Virus record (IMG/VR): IMGVR_UViG_3300018421_000009
DNA length: 64,000 nt
Source of the DNA: an uncultured virus (IMG/VR IMGVR_UViG_3300018421_000009)
Lineage: Duplodnaviria; Heunggongvirae; Uroviricota; Caudoviricetes
Direction: 5' to 3' (one strand)
Positions 54,183 through 63,492 of the stretch are shown piece by piece. Positions within the stretch are counted from its first letter, which is position 1, and every line of letters begins with the position of its first letter. The translations under genes and the position numbers were made by a program. The notes beneath the pieces were generated by a model. That model had not been told where the DNA came from. It saw only the letters and a list, made by a program, of their open reading frames with translations, and did not search any database.

Positions 54183-55790
54183 TTAAGTACCCGACTTTTT
54201 AAATGTATCAACCCTGTCTAAACCAACGTCTGGCTTAGCAGGGCCTTCACCTGTGCTGGAAACACTACCTACTAAATCGTCTGTGTTAGTTCTGTCAGTT
54301 TGTATCGCTGTGTATATCATTGGGTCTACGTTTTCGTGGTTATGCCACGGCTCCGCCTGCGGTAAACGCTTGTGTAGCGACGCTTCGTCGGTCGCGGTAG
54401 CGCCGGGTACGCTAGTTTGCGAAGGACCAGGCACAACGTGCTTGGCTAACGGAGTTAGCGGTAAAACAGAAGATGCCTCTGGGCCGTTCATATGAATGTT
54501 TGGTGCTGTTTCAATAATGTTTCCGTTGGCTTTGGTTTCATTCGTTCCAATGCTAGTTTCCCAAATATGTCCACCTGCGAATGTTTCATGATCTTTCAGT
54601 GTAGTCCACTTTGAATTTCCCTTAACAAACTGTTGGAAGTTTGCTGGTGTTTCAATTTGTATATCACTTTCACTTAGTATATTTGTATTACGTCCAGCAT
54701 GAAGGTTAATGTCTCTGTCGGCAGTAATATTAAGATCTACTGCGGTGTGCATACTAATACTATCCTGTGCAAAAATATCAATTTTACCATTGGCACTTAG
54801 TTCAATCCAAGCATTACCACTACCATGGTTAATGTAGATTAAATCTTCTGTGTTATGCATTAGGATTTGATGACCTGTTCTAGTACGCAGTCTCAACAAC
54901 TCATTGTGCGGTAGTGTTACATCACCGCCTTTCTCACCCGCTTCAACATTAACATATTCCTTTGGTGTAGTTGCCGCCGGACCTTTACGTAAAAGTTTAT
55001 CATCACCGTCATCCATCACAAAGTGATGTCCGCTTAGTCTACTAAAAGGAACTTTTGCACTAGCATCTTTTGTTCCGTAGGACACTGTAGGACTGCCAGG
55101 ACGTTTGTCATAAGGTCCCGGAGTGTTAATACCAAATACCATACTAGGTAATTCACGCCTTGCACTTGATGTTGTAAGTCCTCTAGTAGAATCTGCCGAA
55201 AGTCCTGATTTTACTAGAACATTAAAATGATCTACATCAAAGGGTTTAGGAAACTTTGTAGGATCCACACCTTGGTTTGATGCTAGTTTCTTATTGATTT
55301 CTCCTGCAGGTAATTTTCCTGCTAGTTGAAGAGTCGCAGTCGCAAACAAACTTGTGTCAATTTGACTAATTTTTTCTTTGGTAACATAGGAAGTTGCCGC
55401 TTTATCTGGAACAGCAAAGTTAGTGTAATTGTCAGGTAAACAAGCAAACCAGTAACCGGAATTAGGTTGGCCTTCAACAAATGTAACCAAAACTCTTGTG
55501 CCAACATCTGGTGGAATAAACCACATACCATATGCTTGTTGTCCATATTTAAATTCTACGTTGTTTGTTACACCACTATAGGGAGTTTGTCCGTAAAAAG
55601 GACTAGCATATTTTACTTGGAAAGTTTGTCCGTCTGCTCTTGTATCATTATTACTGCCTGTTGCTTTTAATATTTCAACTTCAAGCGTACCCATGTAATT
55701 TTTATCAAGGTGACTAATGACGCGACCGATGTACGGACCTGCATTAAGTCCGGTTTGATTTATACCGCCTGATCGTTTTTCATTTGCCAT
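54183..55790 (-). CDS. Baseplate central spike, gp5/VgrG-like (OB-fold + beta-helix, no lysozyme domain seen)
   Basis: GMWFIPPDVGTRVLVTF..GYW (OB fold); SGHHFVMDD, RTRTGHQI, WIELSANGKIDI and beta-helix repeats; located upstream of gp25. Confidence 0.8.
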   Translation of the reverse strand: MANEKRSGGINQTGLNAGPYIGRVISHLDKNYMGTLEVEILKATGSNNDTRADGQTFQVKYASPFYGQTPYSGVTNNVEFKYGQQAYGMWFIPPDVGTRVLVTFVEGQPNSGYWFACLPDNYTNFAVPDKAATSYVTKEKISQIDTSLFATATLQLAGKLPAGEINKKLASNQGVDPTKFPKPFDVDHFNVLVKSGLSADSTRGLTTSSARRELPSMVFGINTPGPYDKRPGSPTVSYGTKDASAKVPFSRLSGHHFVMDDGDDKLLRKGPAATTPKEYVNVEAGEKGGDVTLPHNELLRLRTRTGHQILMHNTEDLIYINHGSGNAWIELSANGKIDIFAQDSISMHTAVDLNITADRDINLHAGRNTNILSESDIQIETPANFQQFVKGNSKWTTLKDHETFAGGHIWETSIGTNETKANGNIIETAPNIHMNGPEASSVLPLTPLAKHVVPGPSQTSVPGATATDEASLHKRLPQAEPWHNHENVDPMIYTAIQTDRTNTDDLVGSVSSTGEGPAKPDVGLDRVDTFKKSGT

Positions 55791-58267
55791 TAGAACGGAT
55801 CTCCTTGATCTGCTTTAATTTCTGTCGACTTCTTATCACTTTGATCAGATTCCAATTTAGGATGCTGATTACTGCGTCTTACAAGACTTAGTGTTTGTTT
55901 AAACTGTCCGTCTTGGAAATTGTTTAATACATTAATTACCTGATATAGTCCACTGAACTGGTTAACTGCGACTTGATCGCTTGGAAATCCCATAATGCCA
56001 TTATCTCTAATATCAATAGGTGTTCTAAAGTTTAATTCAATATCAACTTCACCTTGTTGATAATCAACGTTACCATTTGCATCAACGTTAATTAACAGTG
56101 AGTTTTCTGAGTTGTAGTTACCCATACCACTGTCTGCAATATAATAGGGGTCGCCCCATATGGTCATGTCAACTGTTAGCAAGTCAACATCTGAGTTAAC
56201 AATCGCTTCGTTAAAACTTCTTGCTATTTCAATTTTAAAATCATCTGGGTTAACAGCACCTGCTGTCATAGATGTTGTTATCTGATTGTCAACTGCTCTA
56301 ATACCTGGATTACTCATTACAGTTGTAGCATCGCCTTCGTCAGTTTCAATTGCATCATTTTTTTCTTCAGCAGATTTAAGTGCGTCCTGTCCGCTAGTTT
56401 TAGGAAGGTTACCAGGAGAAATGCTTTTAAAGAATGTTGTATCTAGATTAATTTGTAGATCTATAATATCATCGTTTGCGCCACTATAAATGTAGTCATA
56501 ACTCTTACATACTTGTTTACGTAGTGCTTCAATACCGTAACTGTTTTTACTAGGCTGTACAAAACGTGCTTCGTGTACTTTGTAAGGTAAAACTCTATAA
56601 ACATAAATTCTAGGCTTTCGACCATACTGTGCTTCTGTGTCGTTATCAGAAATTTGAAACACCTGAGTGTCAATCTTAAACCAATCTTTCATACCGTTCT
56701 CATCTGGTGTAGCATCAACAAGTTGTTTACCCCAATCACTGATAAGAACAAGTTCTTGAATAACATCTTGTATTTTTGCACCTTTAAGAAATTTAAGTTG
56801 ACCTATACTTGGATCTATCTGTAATTGTGATCCGCCACGTTTCCAAACTTTGTCATTCTTATCCCAAGCAAATCCTGCAAGACCAAATGGTTGGTTAGTA
56901 ACACCAACTGCGTTAGGATCAAATACGTTTTGCGTTCCTATTGAATTAGAATTTTTCTCGCCAGTTTGTTTTTCTAAAATATCTTGACCTAGTGTAGTTT
57001 TAGTAACAGATGTCATCAAACGCTGTTCAAGATATACAGATGCTTCTGTTGAAAGTTCACCTTTTTGAATTGCATTCCATAACTTTTGTTTTTCCTCAAC
57101 ACTGTAATTAAATCCACCACTGTTTGTGCTTGACTGAATTGTTCCGTCTTGGTTTGACTGTGTAGTTGCTCCTTGCCCGTCACCTGAAGACTTTGTTAGT
57201 TTTCCTTTTGATGCACGTTGAATTGGAAATACAACAAAGTATTGATCTGCTGTAAGTACTTTGTTTTCTAATGCTCTTTTAGCGTGATATTTGTTGACCT
57301 CAGTCATTAAACTTAATGGTCCACTTTGTAATAGTTGTTCTAGTGTTCTACCTGATATTGAAACATCAACTGGAAGTCTTTGTACAATATCTGTAAGTGC
57401 CGCTTCGTTAAAGGGATATCCCGATACTTGATAAGAACTGCCACCTTCTGTAACTTGTAGATCACTGCCTGATAGTTTAAAAGGTAATAATTTTTTAGCA
57501 CTAGGAACAACATATCTATTACCATCGTCGTCCCAACCTACAAAATCAATCTTTAATAGGAATGGTGATTCAAGATAGTTTTTATGTCCTGCTTGTAATG
57601 CTCCAATTTGCAATGCCTGTAAGAATAATCCCATACTGTATGGTTCTAATACTTCAAGCGTAAATCCTGTTGCGTTTGTTCCTGATTTTTTTCTGTTAGG
57701 TGCAATTACAGATTCAATTGCCAAATTGTTAATAAAGAATTCTACTTTCTTACCATTAATTTCATATGCTGTTGTAACTTTTCGATCACCTAACCCACCA
57801 CCGCTTCGCATAATAGCAACTTGTGGATCACGCTTTCTATACGTTTCATCAGGATTATTAATTTCTTCATCTGTAAGAGCAAACATTGATATTCTATAAT
57901 TGTAACTTGCATAGCCTTTAAGTTTGTTAGGCATAGGCAAATCAATCTGTCGTCCGTCTGCTGTGTAAGCAACTCTACGTGCCGCTACACGAACATACTC
58001 TGTAGGTTTAGTTTTTTTAGTGGTTGCAGTTTTTGTTTTTTCTTCTGTGTCAACTGCAAGTGAATCTGCTTTTACTTTGGCTTGTTTTTCTTCACGTGCC
58101 TTTTGTGCTAGATAAAGATTGGCTTCTGTTTCATATGACAACGTGCCTCTGTCACTGTATGACTGTGCTTGTCTGTAGTCTTCGTCATAGACATCAAGGC
58201 CATCTCTTTTATTGAACTCTACTTTACCTTCTGGAGTTTGCCAAGGGTATAGTTTCTTATCAGCCAT
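55790..58267 (-). CDS. Putative baseplate hub protein (gp27-like position)
   Basis: 825 aa between gp53-like and gp5-like genes; EPYSMGLF, YDYIYSG, MTIWGDP, FSGLYQVINVLNNF..GQFKQTL (hub-type C-terminus). Confidence 0.6.
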   Translation of the reverse strand: MADKKLYPWQTPEGKVEFNKRDGLDVYDEDYRQAQSYSDRGTLSYETEANLYLAQKAREEKQAKVKADSLAVDTEEKTKTATTKKTKPTEYVRVAARRVAYTADGRQIDLPMPNKLKGYASYNYRISMFALTDEEINNPDETYRKRDPQVAIMRSGGGLGDRKVTTAYEINGKKVEFFINNLAIESVIAPNRKKSGTNATGFTLEVLEPYSMGLFLQALQIGALQAGHKNYLESPFLLKIDFVGWDDDGNRYVVPSAKKLLPFKLSGSDLQVTEGGSSYQVSGYPFNEAALTDIVQRLPVDVSISGRTLEQLLQSGPLSLMTEVNKYHAKRALENKVLTADQYFVVFPIQRASKGKLTKSSGDGQGATTQSNQDGTIQSSTNSGGFNYSVEEKQKLWNAIQKGELSTEASVYLEQRLMTSVTKTTLGQDILEKQTGEKNSNSIGTQNVFDPNAVGVTNQPFGLAGFAWDKNDKVWKRGGSQLQIDPSIGQLKFLKGAKIQDVIQELVLISDWGKQLVDATPDENGMKDWFKIDTQVFQISDNDTEAQYGRKPRIYVYRVLPYKVHEARFVQPSKNSYGIEALRKQVCKSYDYIYSGANDDIIDLQINLDTTFFKSISPGNLPKTSGQDALKSAEEKNDAIETDEGDATTVMSNPGIRAVDNQITTSMTAGAVNPDDFKIEIARSFNEAIVNSDVDLLTVDMTIWGDPYYIADSGMGNYNSENSLLINVDANGNVDYQQGEVDIELNFRTPIDIRDNGIMGFPSDQVAVNQFSGLYQVINVLNNFQDGQFKQTLSLVRRSNQHPKLESDQSDKKSTEIKADQGDPF

Positions 58268-58268
58268 A

Positions 58269-58559
58269 CTAGGCTCCTAATATTTTTCTTAGTTGGCTAC
58301 CCTTAGGAACAAAAATTTCCAGCCCTGATCTAAAATCATAAACAGGATCTTTTAGAACATCCATATTTCGTTGTGCATACACCCACCATAACTTTGGAGT
58401 GCCATACATATCATAGGCTAACAAATCTGGACGTTGATGATACTGTGATTGGATTACGTATTTTATATCGTCACTCTCTTCAGGAACGGGTCTAATTGAC
58501 AATATGTCAAGAAACTCACCGTTAAAAATTCTTGTATCTGCCCATGGTGATTCTTGCAT
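58269..58559 (-). CDS. Baseplate wedge protein gp53/LysM-like
   Basis: RPDLLAYDMYGTPKLWWVYAQRN..DP..G.EIFVP. Confidence 0.8.
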   Translation of the reverse strand: MQESPWADTRIFNGEFLDILSIRPVPEESDDIKYVIQSQYHQRPDLLAYDMYGTPKLWWVYAQRNMDVLKDPVYDFRSGLEIFVPKGSQLRKILGA

Positions 58560-59437
58560 TAGATATATCCTTTTCCAGTGCCTAGGTAATCGCCTCTAGC
58601 AAATGCACCTAAACTAAATTTCTCTACTTTGTCTCTTGAGTAGATTGGCTGTAGTGTTACTGTTACTGTGCTGTCAACAGGAACATATGCTAGTTCTTGA
58701 CCAAATCCTTCTGTTAGTGCTTGGCGTTCAAAGTCCTCTTGTTGCTTTCTATCATTTCCCGCTAATCCCATCAACGCCATATTAACAGCAACATAGTCAA
58801 CGTCTGTTGGCATATCAAGAGTAAAGTTTGTAATAATTACAGGAACATCTTTGAAAACATAATCGCCATAACCATTCAACTTAACAATTGGTGGAGGTGC
58901 ACCTTGATCAGCGCCGGCTCCATAAAACATCTTAGTTATTGATCTTAGATAGTGTAGCATTCCAATCCAATACTCGCCTTCTAGAGCATTTTGAACAATA
59001 AACTGTCCGGTAAGTGTCATAGCATCCACACTTGAGTTCTGGTACGTAAAGAACGGATAATTACTATGTACAGGTGTTAATGCGTTATAAGATGCTTGAT
59101 GACTCATAATAATAGTCGGTGTGTATGGAAAAGCCAATCCGCCTGTTTCAATAAGTCTAGTCATCATCTTGCTTTTTGTAAAAGCGTCAATAGGAGGTAA
59201 ACTTAATTTGACTCTCCAATCTTTTCCTTCTGGGTCTGCTGACCAACGTGCAGACGCTAATTCAACTTCTTCTGGTTCGCCGTCTGTAGGAATAGTTCGA
59301 GCACGAATTGCTTTCATAAAGCCTTTAGCGTTATCTTTAAAAGACTCGCCAATATCTGCCACAAGTTTTTTACCATCATTAATGATGGAGCCAGCACCTG
59401 AAATAGGTTTTTTAAAAATGTCGAATGTATCTGCCAT
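58559..59437 (-). CDS. Tail tube initiator/baseplate protein (gp48/gp54-like)
   Basis: FPYTPTI...YLRSITKMFYG..GAPPPIVKLNGYGDYVFKDVPVIITNF; first gene of the baseplate operon. Confidence 0.65.
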   Translation of the reverse strand: MADTFDIFKKPISGAGSIINDGKKLVADIGESFKDNAKGFMKAIRARTIPTDGEPEEVELASARWSADPEGKDWRVKLSLPPIDAFTKSKMMTRLIETGGLAFPYTPTIIMSHQASYNALTPVHSNYPFFTYQNSSVDAMTLTGQFIVQNALEGEYWIGMLHYLRSITKMFYGAGADQGAPPPIVKLNGYGDYVFKDVPVIITNFTLDMPTDVDYVAVNMALMGLAGNDRKQQEDFERQALTEGFGQELAYVPVDSTVTVTLQPIYSRDKVEKFSLGAFARGDYLGTGKGYI

Positions 59438-59462
59438 AATTTTTGGTAATCCTCGTTACAAG

Positions 59463-59470
59463 TATTTATT
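59463..59470 (-). promoter_or_regulatory. Putative late promoter AATAAATA for the baseplate operon
   Basis: Intergenic; upstream of a GAGG SD and ATG 59437; overlaps the -35 box of the divergent sigma70 promoter. Confidence 0.65.
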
Positions 59471-59497
59471 GACAAAATTATCAGAGTACATTATAAT
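59469..59497 (+). promoter_or_regulatory. Sigma70-type promoter, perfect consensus
   Basis: TTGACA (59469-59474), 17-nt spacer, TATAAT (59492-59497); upstream of a GGAG SD and GTG 59522. Confidence 0.85.
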
Positions 59498-59521
59498 AAG
59501 ACATATTATCGGAGTTTCTAA

Positions 59522-60439
59522 GTGAAAAAAGTAAATTATTTGAACAATAAAGACATACTTGCTGAAATACACAAGTCAAAGTCTAGTTTTTGCAGTTTTG
59601 TTGATGATTCTTACAATCAATACGACATTATACTACCTAGTATAGAAAAAATTAACGTAAGAACCATTGCTGAAGCAAAGCGTAATAAAGCAAAACGCTT
59701 ATCGCAAGAAGCCTATGCTACACGCAAGGAAGCAGGGGAAAAGGTAAAACAAGCAGACTGCGAGATACCTTACACTAAAATTACCAAAGAAGAATTAATT
59801 TTTAGGATTATGACATTTGATCATATTCCAGATGAAAAAGGCCGCAAAAAGAATCCAAAGAGTGTTGCTGATCGTAAAGTAAAATTAAATTTTCCGCCAT
59901 TCCAACACTACAAGTTTGACGAAAATGACGAACTTGTTTGCGTAGGAAAGAGTCACTGGAAGGGTGGCATGGAAAACGGATATTTTGATGGAAAAACCGG
60001 AACAGCAACAGAAAAATTAGCACGTATGTGGATGAAACTGTGCGATCGTTATGCAACTAGAGGTAACGTTCGTGGTTACACCTACAATGACGAAATGCGT
60101 GGACAGGCAATTCTACAACTTGCACAAATCGGGTTACAGTTTGATGAAAGTAAATCGCAGAATCCTTTTGCGTACTATACCGCGGCTGTTACCAATTCTT
60201 TTGTAAGAGTTATTAATATTGAAAAACGTAATCAAAACATACGTGATGATATCTTAGAAATGAATGATATGACTCCAAGTTATACAAGGCAAATGGAAGG
60301 CGAATGGGAAAGGCAAATAGAAGACCAAAGAAAGAAAATGGCTGAAGAAGGTAATGGTGCAAAAATCGTTTACCGTAGTGAGGATCCGCCGGAATCTGTT
60401 GATGAAGATGACGATGATTCTAACACAAACGATGATTGA
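59522..60439 (+). CDS. Late-transcription sigma factor, T4 gp55-like
   Basis: NYLNNKDIL..; RGNVRGYTYNDEM...QFDESKSQNPFAYYT..NSFVRVINIEKR; acidic C-terminal tail; directly upstream of gp47/gp46, as in T4-like phages. Confidence 0.85.
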   Translation: MKKVNYLNNKDILAEIHKSKSSFCSFVDDSYNQYDIILPSIEKINVRTIAEAKRNKAKRLSQEAYATRKEAGEKVKQADCEIPYTKITKEELIFRIMTFDHIPDEKGRKKNPKSVADRKVKLNFPPFQHYKFDENDELVCVGKSHWKGGMENGYFDGKTGTATEKLARMWMKLCDRYATRGNVRGYTYNDEMRGQAILQLAQIGLQFDESKSQNPFAYYTAAVTNSFVRVINIEKRNQNIRDDILEMNDMTPSYTRQMEGEWERQIEDQRKKMAEEGNGAKIVYRSEDPPESVDEDDDDSNTNDD

Positions 60440-60464
60440 CATTTACACTTTTTTAGTGTACTAT
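60436..60464 (+). promoter_or_regulatory. Sigma70-type promoter
   Basis: TTGACA (60436-60441), 17-nt spacer, TACTAT (60459-60464); contains the inverted repeat TACACT-N5-AGTGTA (60444-60460). Confidence 0.75.
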
Positions 60465-60483
60465 AAAACTAGAGGTATAAAAA

Positions 60484-61503
60484 TTGTTTAAAAAAGCCGC
60501 CGTATTTACTGATATCCATTTTGGCTTAAAATCTAACTCTAAAGTTCACAACGAAGATTGTGAAGAGTTTGTTGATTGGTATATTGAACAAGCCAAAGCA
60601 AATGGTTGTGAAACAGGCATCTTTATGGGTGACTGGCATCACAATCGAAATTCACTTAACATTATTACAATGGATCATTCAATCCGTTCGTTAGAAAAAC
60701 TAGGAAAGGCATTTGAACAATTCTTTTATTTTCCAGGTAACCACGATTTGTACTACAAAGACAAACGTGATATCCATTCTGTAGAGTTTGCTAATCATAT
60801 AGAAGGTATAACAGTTATCAATAAAATGACTACACTAGGCGACACAACACTTGTTCCTTGGTTAGTAGGCGAAGAATGGAAACAAATTCCTAAAATTAAA
60901 AGCAAATATATGTTTGGTCACTTTGAACTTCCGCACTTTTATATGAATGCAATGGTGCAAATGCCGGACACAGGCGAACTACAAGCAGATCATTTTAAAC
61001 ATCAGGAATATGTGTTTAGTGGACACTTTCACAAAAGACAAACACTAGGCAACATTACATATATTGGTAATGCTTTCCCACATAACTATGCCGATGCTTG
61101 GGACGACAAACGAGGTATGATGATTCTAGAACACGGCGGTGAACCACAATATCTTGATTGGGATAATTGCCCCAAGTATCGCACAGTTAAACTAAGCGAA
61201 CTTATTGATAAAAAAGATACACTTATTAAAAAGAAAATGTATCTTAGAGTAACACTTGACATTCCAATTTCATACGAAGAAGCAAGTTTTATCAAAGAAG
61301 AATTTATGAGGAATTATGACTGTAGAGAAATTACACTAATTCCAAGTACGCAAGATGATGAGATTAATACTGATATTGATATTACAAAATTTGAAAGTAT
61401 TGATCAAATTGTAGCACAAGAAATTAATGCTATCGAAAGCGATAGTTACAACAAACAAACATTATTAAACATTTACGACGAGTTATCATATGATTCTAAT
61501 TAA
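60484..61503 (+). CDS. Recombination endonuclease subunit, T4 gp47 / Mre11 / SbcD-like
   Basis: Metallophosphoesterase motifs DIHFG, GDWHH, GNHD, GHFE, SGHFH; TTG start with a GAGG SD. Confidence 0.93.
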   Translation: MFKKAAVFTDIHFGLKSNSKVHNEDCEEFVDWYIEQAKANGCETGIFMGDWHHNRNSLNIITMDHSIRSLEKLGKAFEQFFYFPGNHDLYYKDKRDIHSVEFANHIEGITVINKMTTLGDTTLVPWLVGEEWKQIPKIKSKYMFGHFELPHFYMNAMVQMPDTGELQADHFKHQEYVFSGHFHKRQTLGNITYIGNAFPHNYADAWDDKRGMMILEHGGEPQYLDWDNCPKYRTVKLSELIDKKDTLIKKKMYLRVTLDIPISYEEASFIKEEFMRNYDCREITLIPSTQDDEINTDIDITKFESIDQIVAQEINAIESDSYNKQTLLNIYDELSYDSN

Positions 61504-63262
61504 AGATCTAACAGTTAAGAACTTTATGAGCGTGGGTAATCAAACCCAAGCAGTAGATTTTAGTAATCGACAATTAACATTGGTACTAGGTGAAAACTTA
61601 GACCAAGGAGGCGATGATAGTGGCTCCCGAAACGGAACTGGTAAGACCACTATCATTAATGCCCTTTCTTATGCACTGTACGGACAAGCATTAACAAACA
61701 TTAAACGCAACAACCTTATTAACAAAACAAACGGCAAGGGTATGTTAGTTACTCTTGAGTTTGAAAAAAATGGTACAAAATATAGAATTGAACGTGGACG
61801 TAGTCCAAATGTACTAAAGTTTTTTGTTGATGATGCTGAACAAGAAGTAACAGACGAGTCACAGGGTGATTCAAGAGAAACACAAAAAGAAATTGATCAT
61901 TTGTTACAAATGAGTCACGATATGTTTAAGCATTTAGTTGCATTAAACACTTATACAGAACCATTTTTAAGTTTAAAACCAAACGATCAACGTGCTATTA
62001 TCGAGCAGTTACTTGGTATTACTATACTTTCTGAAAAAGCAGAACAGTTAAAAGTTAAGCAAAAAGAAGTTCGCGACGGTATTACTGAAGAAACTGCTCG
62101 AATTAATGCTGTTCAATCAAGTAACGAGCGTATTAAAGAAACTATTGAAAGTTTAAAAGTAAAATCAAGTGCTTGGCGTCAACAAAATGCAAAAGATTGC
62201 GAACGTTTGCAAAACGGAATTGACGAACTAGAACATTTAGATATTGATCAAGAACTTGAAGCACACGAGTTACTTTCTAAATGGGCAGAAAACGACAAGC
62301 ATAAACGCAACTTAGAAAAAGAACGTGCTACACTAGAAAGTGCATTAAGTCAAACTGACAAACAAGTTGCAAAATATACAAAAGATTTAGAAAATCTTGT
62401 TGATGCAAAGTGCCATAGTTGTGGTCAAGACTTACACGAAGAAAAGAAACTAGAAATTGAACTTAAACTTCAAGAAGAGTATGGCGAAACAATGACATAC
62501 TTAATGGAGATTAATGAAAAGTTTGAAAAAGTGCAAACTAAACTTGAAGAACTAGGAGATCTAACTTCTAAACCTCTTACATTTTATGAAACTGCTAAAG
62601 AAGCATACGATCATAGAAGCAATGTTGAAAATTTAAAACAAGCACTAAAATCAAAAGAAACAGAAAGCGACCCTTATGTTGACCAAATAACAGAATTAGA
62701 AAACACTGCTATTCAAGAAGTACATTGGGAAACTGTTAACGAATTAAATTCTTTACTAGAACATCAAAATTTCTTGTATAAGTTACTTACAAACAAAGAT
62801 AGTTTTATTCGTAAGAAAATTATTGAACAAAATCTTGCATATCTAAACAATAGACTTACATATTATTTAGATCGTATAGGATTACCACATCAAGTTGTAT
62901 TCCAAAACGACTTGAATGTAGAAATTACACAATTAGGACAAGACTTAGACTTTGATAATTTGTCAAGAGGTGAACGTAACAGATTAATTTTAGGTTTAAG
63001 TTTTGCGTTCCGTGATGTTTGGGAAAGTTTATATCAAAATATCAACTTAATGTTTATTGACGAACTTATTGATAGCGGTATGGACACAGCAGGTGTTGAA
63101 AGTAGTCTTGCTATTCTTAAGAAAATGGGTCGTGAACGTAAAAAGAACATTTACTTAATTTCACACAAAGACGAACTTGTAGGTCGTGTTAATAACGTAT
63201 TAAAAGTTGTAAAAGAAAACGGCTTTACAAGTTATGCAAACGATATTGATATTATAGAATGA
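61490..63262 (+). CDS. Recombination ATPase subunit, T4 gp46 / Rad50 / SbcC-like
   Basis: KNFMSVG, Walker A NGTGKTT, coiled coil with CHSCGQ zinc hook, LSRGE signature, FIDE Walker B, ISH. Confidence 0.95.
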   Translation: MILIKDLTVKNFMSVGNQTQAVDFSNRQLTLVLGENLDQGGDDSGSRNGTGKTTIINALSYALYGQALTNIKRNNLINKTNGKGMLVTLEFEKNGTKYRIERGRSPNVLKFFVDDAEQEVTDESQGDSRETQKEIDHLLQMSHDMFKHLVALNTYTEPFLSLKPNDQRAIIEQLLGITILSEKAEQLKVKQKEVRDGITEETARINAVQSSNERIKETIESLKVKSSAWRQQNAKDCERLQNGIDELEHLDIDQELEAHELLSKWAENDKHKRNLEKERATLESALSQTDKQVAKYTKDLENLVDAKCHSCGQDLHEEKKLEIELKLQEEYGETMTYLMEINEKFEKVQTKLEELGDLTSKPLTFYETAKEAYDHRSNVENLKQALKSKETESDPYVDQITELENTAIQEVHWETVNELNSLLEHQNFLYKLLTNKDSFIRKKIIEQNLAYLNNRLTYYLDRIGLPHQVVFQNDLNVEITQLGQDLDFDNLSRGERNRLILGLSFAFRDVWESLYQNINLMFIDELIDSGMDTAGVESSLAILKKMGRERKKNIYLISHKDELVGRVNNVLKVVKENGFTSYANDIDIIE

Positions 63263-63480
63263 GCATAAACGACGACACACACGACAAATTAACAAAGGCT
63301 TACATAGAATACTTTAAAAATAACGAAAAGTATGAACGCTTCAGAGGCCATGAAACCATGCAGGCTACTCGAAAACAACTCCGCTTGATTAGAACGTTGG
63401 CTAAATTACGTATGGATGAAATTATCAACGACTATCAAGAACGCAAAAACCAAAAACAAGAGGCTAAAGATACAGACTAG
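63259..63480 (+). CDS. Small hypothetical protein
   Basis: 73 aa, helical and charged; ATGA overlap with the gp46 stop. Confidence 0.65.
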   Translation: MSINDDTHDKLTKAYIEYFKNNEKYERFRGHETMQATRKQLRLIRTLAKLRMDEIINDYQERKNQKQEAKDTD

Positions 63481-63487
63481 GTAAGTA
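63481..63487 (+). promoter_or_regulatory. Putative late promoter variant GTAAGTA
   Basis: 5 nt upstream of ATG 63493; no SD. Confidence 0.5.
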
Positions 63488-63492
63488 CCAGT

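Noticed and set aside
2134..61295. Numerous 60-190 aa alternative-frame and antisense ORFs in the ORF track (for example 29571..30050, 33411..33992, 59121..59525)
   Set aside because: They lie wholly or largely within longer motif-bearing genes, have no recognisable motifs, and are the expected shadows of codon bias.
35352..63262. Introns or inteins in the giant protein, gp6, gp46 or gp47
   Set aside because: The ORFs are continuous, and no intein splice-junction or LAGLIDADG motifs were noticed by eye; gp46 and gp47 have ordinary lengths.
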